Source: Haliotis rufescens
Lineage: Eukaryota
DNA: 64,000 nt
Direction of reading: 5' to 3'
Assembly: GCF_023055435.1 (NCBI RefSeq)
Contig: NW_025964372.1
Location: forward strand, 44,268,001-44,332,000
The position numbers and the translations under genes were made by a program. Below, in pieces: positions 63,447 through 64,000 of this stretch. The notes under the pieces were generated by a model that was not told where the DNA came from, made no database searches, and was given only the letters and a program-made list of their open reading frames with translations. Every line of letters begins with the position of its first letter. The stretch's first letter is position 1.

Positions 63447-63605
63447 TGTTCTGGCATGTGTGGTGTGCGGAAGCGGAAGGTGTATTGCCGGGACAACCAA
63501 GGCCGGGCGGTTGACGACCGGAAGTGCGACTACAATACCAAACCCCTCACTGTTCACGCGTGCGGTCACTGCCAGAACAAGTGGGTGCCCCAGGAGTGGG
63601 GAGAG
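63447..63605 (+). CDS. ADAMTSL2: ADAMTSL2-like exon 15 (CSGMCGVRKRKVYCRDNQGRAVDDRKCDYNTKPLTVHACGHCQNKWVPQEWGE); gene continues beyond the window
   Basis: TSR with VYC...GR.V...C...TKPL..H.CG; tttcag| and |gtgggt; no stop reached. Confidence 0.93.
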
Positions 63606-64000
63606 GTGGGTTAGCAGGTTTTACATGTCATCGACAACGTGATAGGGTAATGGGTAAACAGCGTTATATGGCTTTGAGCAGTATTTTACTTACATCACAT
63701 TAGGCAGCATCATAAGGGAGGCAATCCTAGAGTGATCAGGTGCTAGACCTTTTCCAGTTGTGTGATACTCACGCTGGACCAAGGGTCTTAATGAGGGCGA
63801 ATCTGGTATTCGAATTTGTGACCAGAGGTCTCATCATGCAAGGGAAGAAATCTGCTCGTTGCTGTGATTTAGACCAACCACCAGTGGCCTCACAAGTGTC
63901 ATCATAATTCAGGTATGCGGACCCAGCACGGATCCCCTATAATCCATAGACATATCGAATCTTTTCTTCGGTTATCATTTCGGAGGCACATGTTGCCATG

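Overview
Eukaryotic (invertebrate) genomic DNA with spliceosomal introns. The SINE and Penelope content suggests a mollusc, possibly a gastropod such as abalone (inference). It is not prokaryotic: there is no CRISPR array and no rRNA. (1) 1-~26 kb holds the 3' end of an unidentified + strand gene, with exons at 197-337 and 509-858/885 and a probable terminal exon at 15426-15764. This arrangement predicts two alternative C-termini, and the region is CpG-poor. (2) ~28.6-64 kb holds a + strand ADAMTSL2-like gene. I assembled 15 phase-consistent coding exons by hand (2718 nt, 906 codons, from 40079 to 63605, continuing past the window): signal peptide, TSR1, Cys-rich module, spacer, a long basic and N-glycosylated linker, then a TSR array. 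(3) The repeat landscape is dense. It has four SINE-like families, three of which share a near-identical 3' tail and one of which has a non-tRNA, pseudoknot-forming head. It also has decayed L1/Tx1 and Penelope-like RT fragments, two Penelope-type foldbacks (one with a minimal hammerhead core), TIR MITEs with TSDs, many minisatellites and four N gaps. The most promising leads are the structured 5' head of SINE family B, the hammerhead foldback, and the isoform switch in gene 1.
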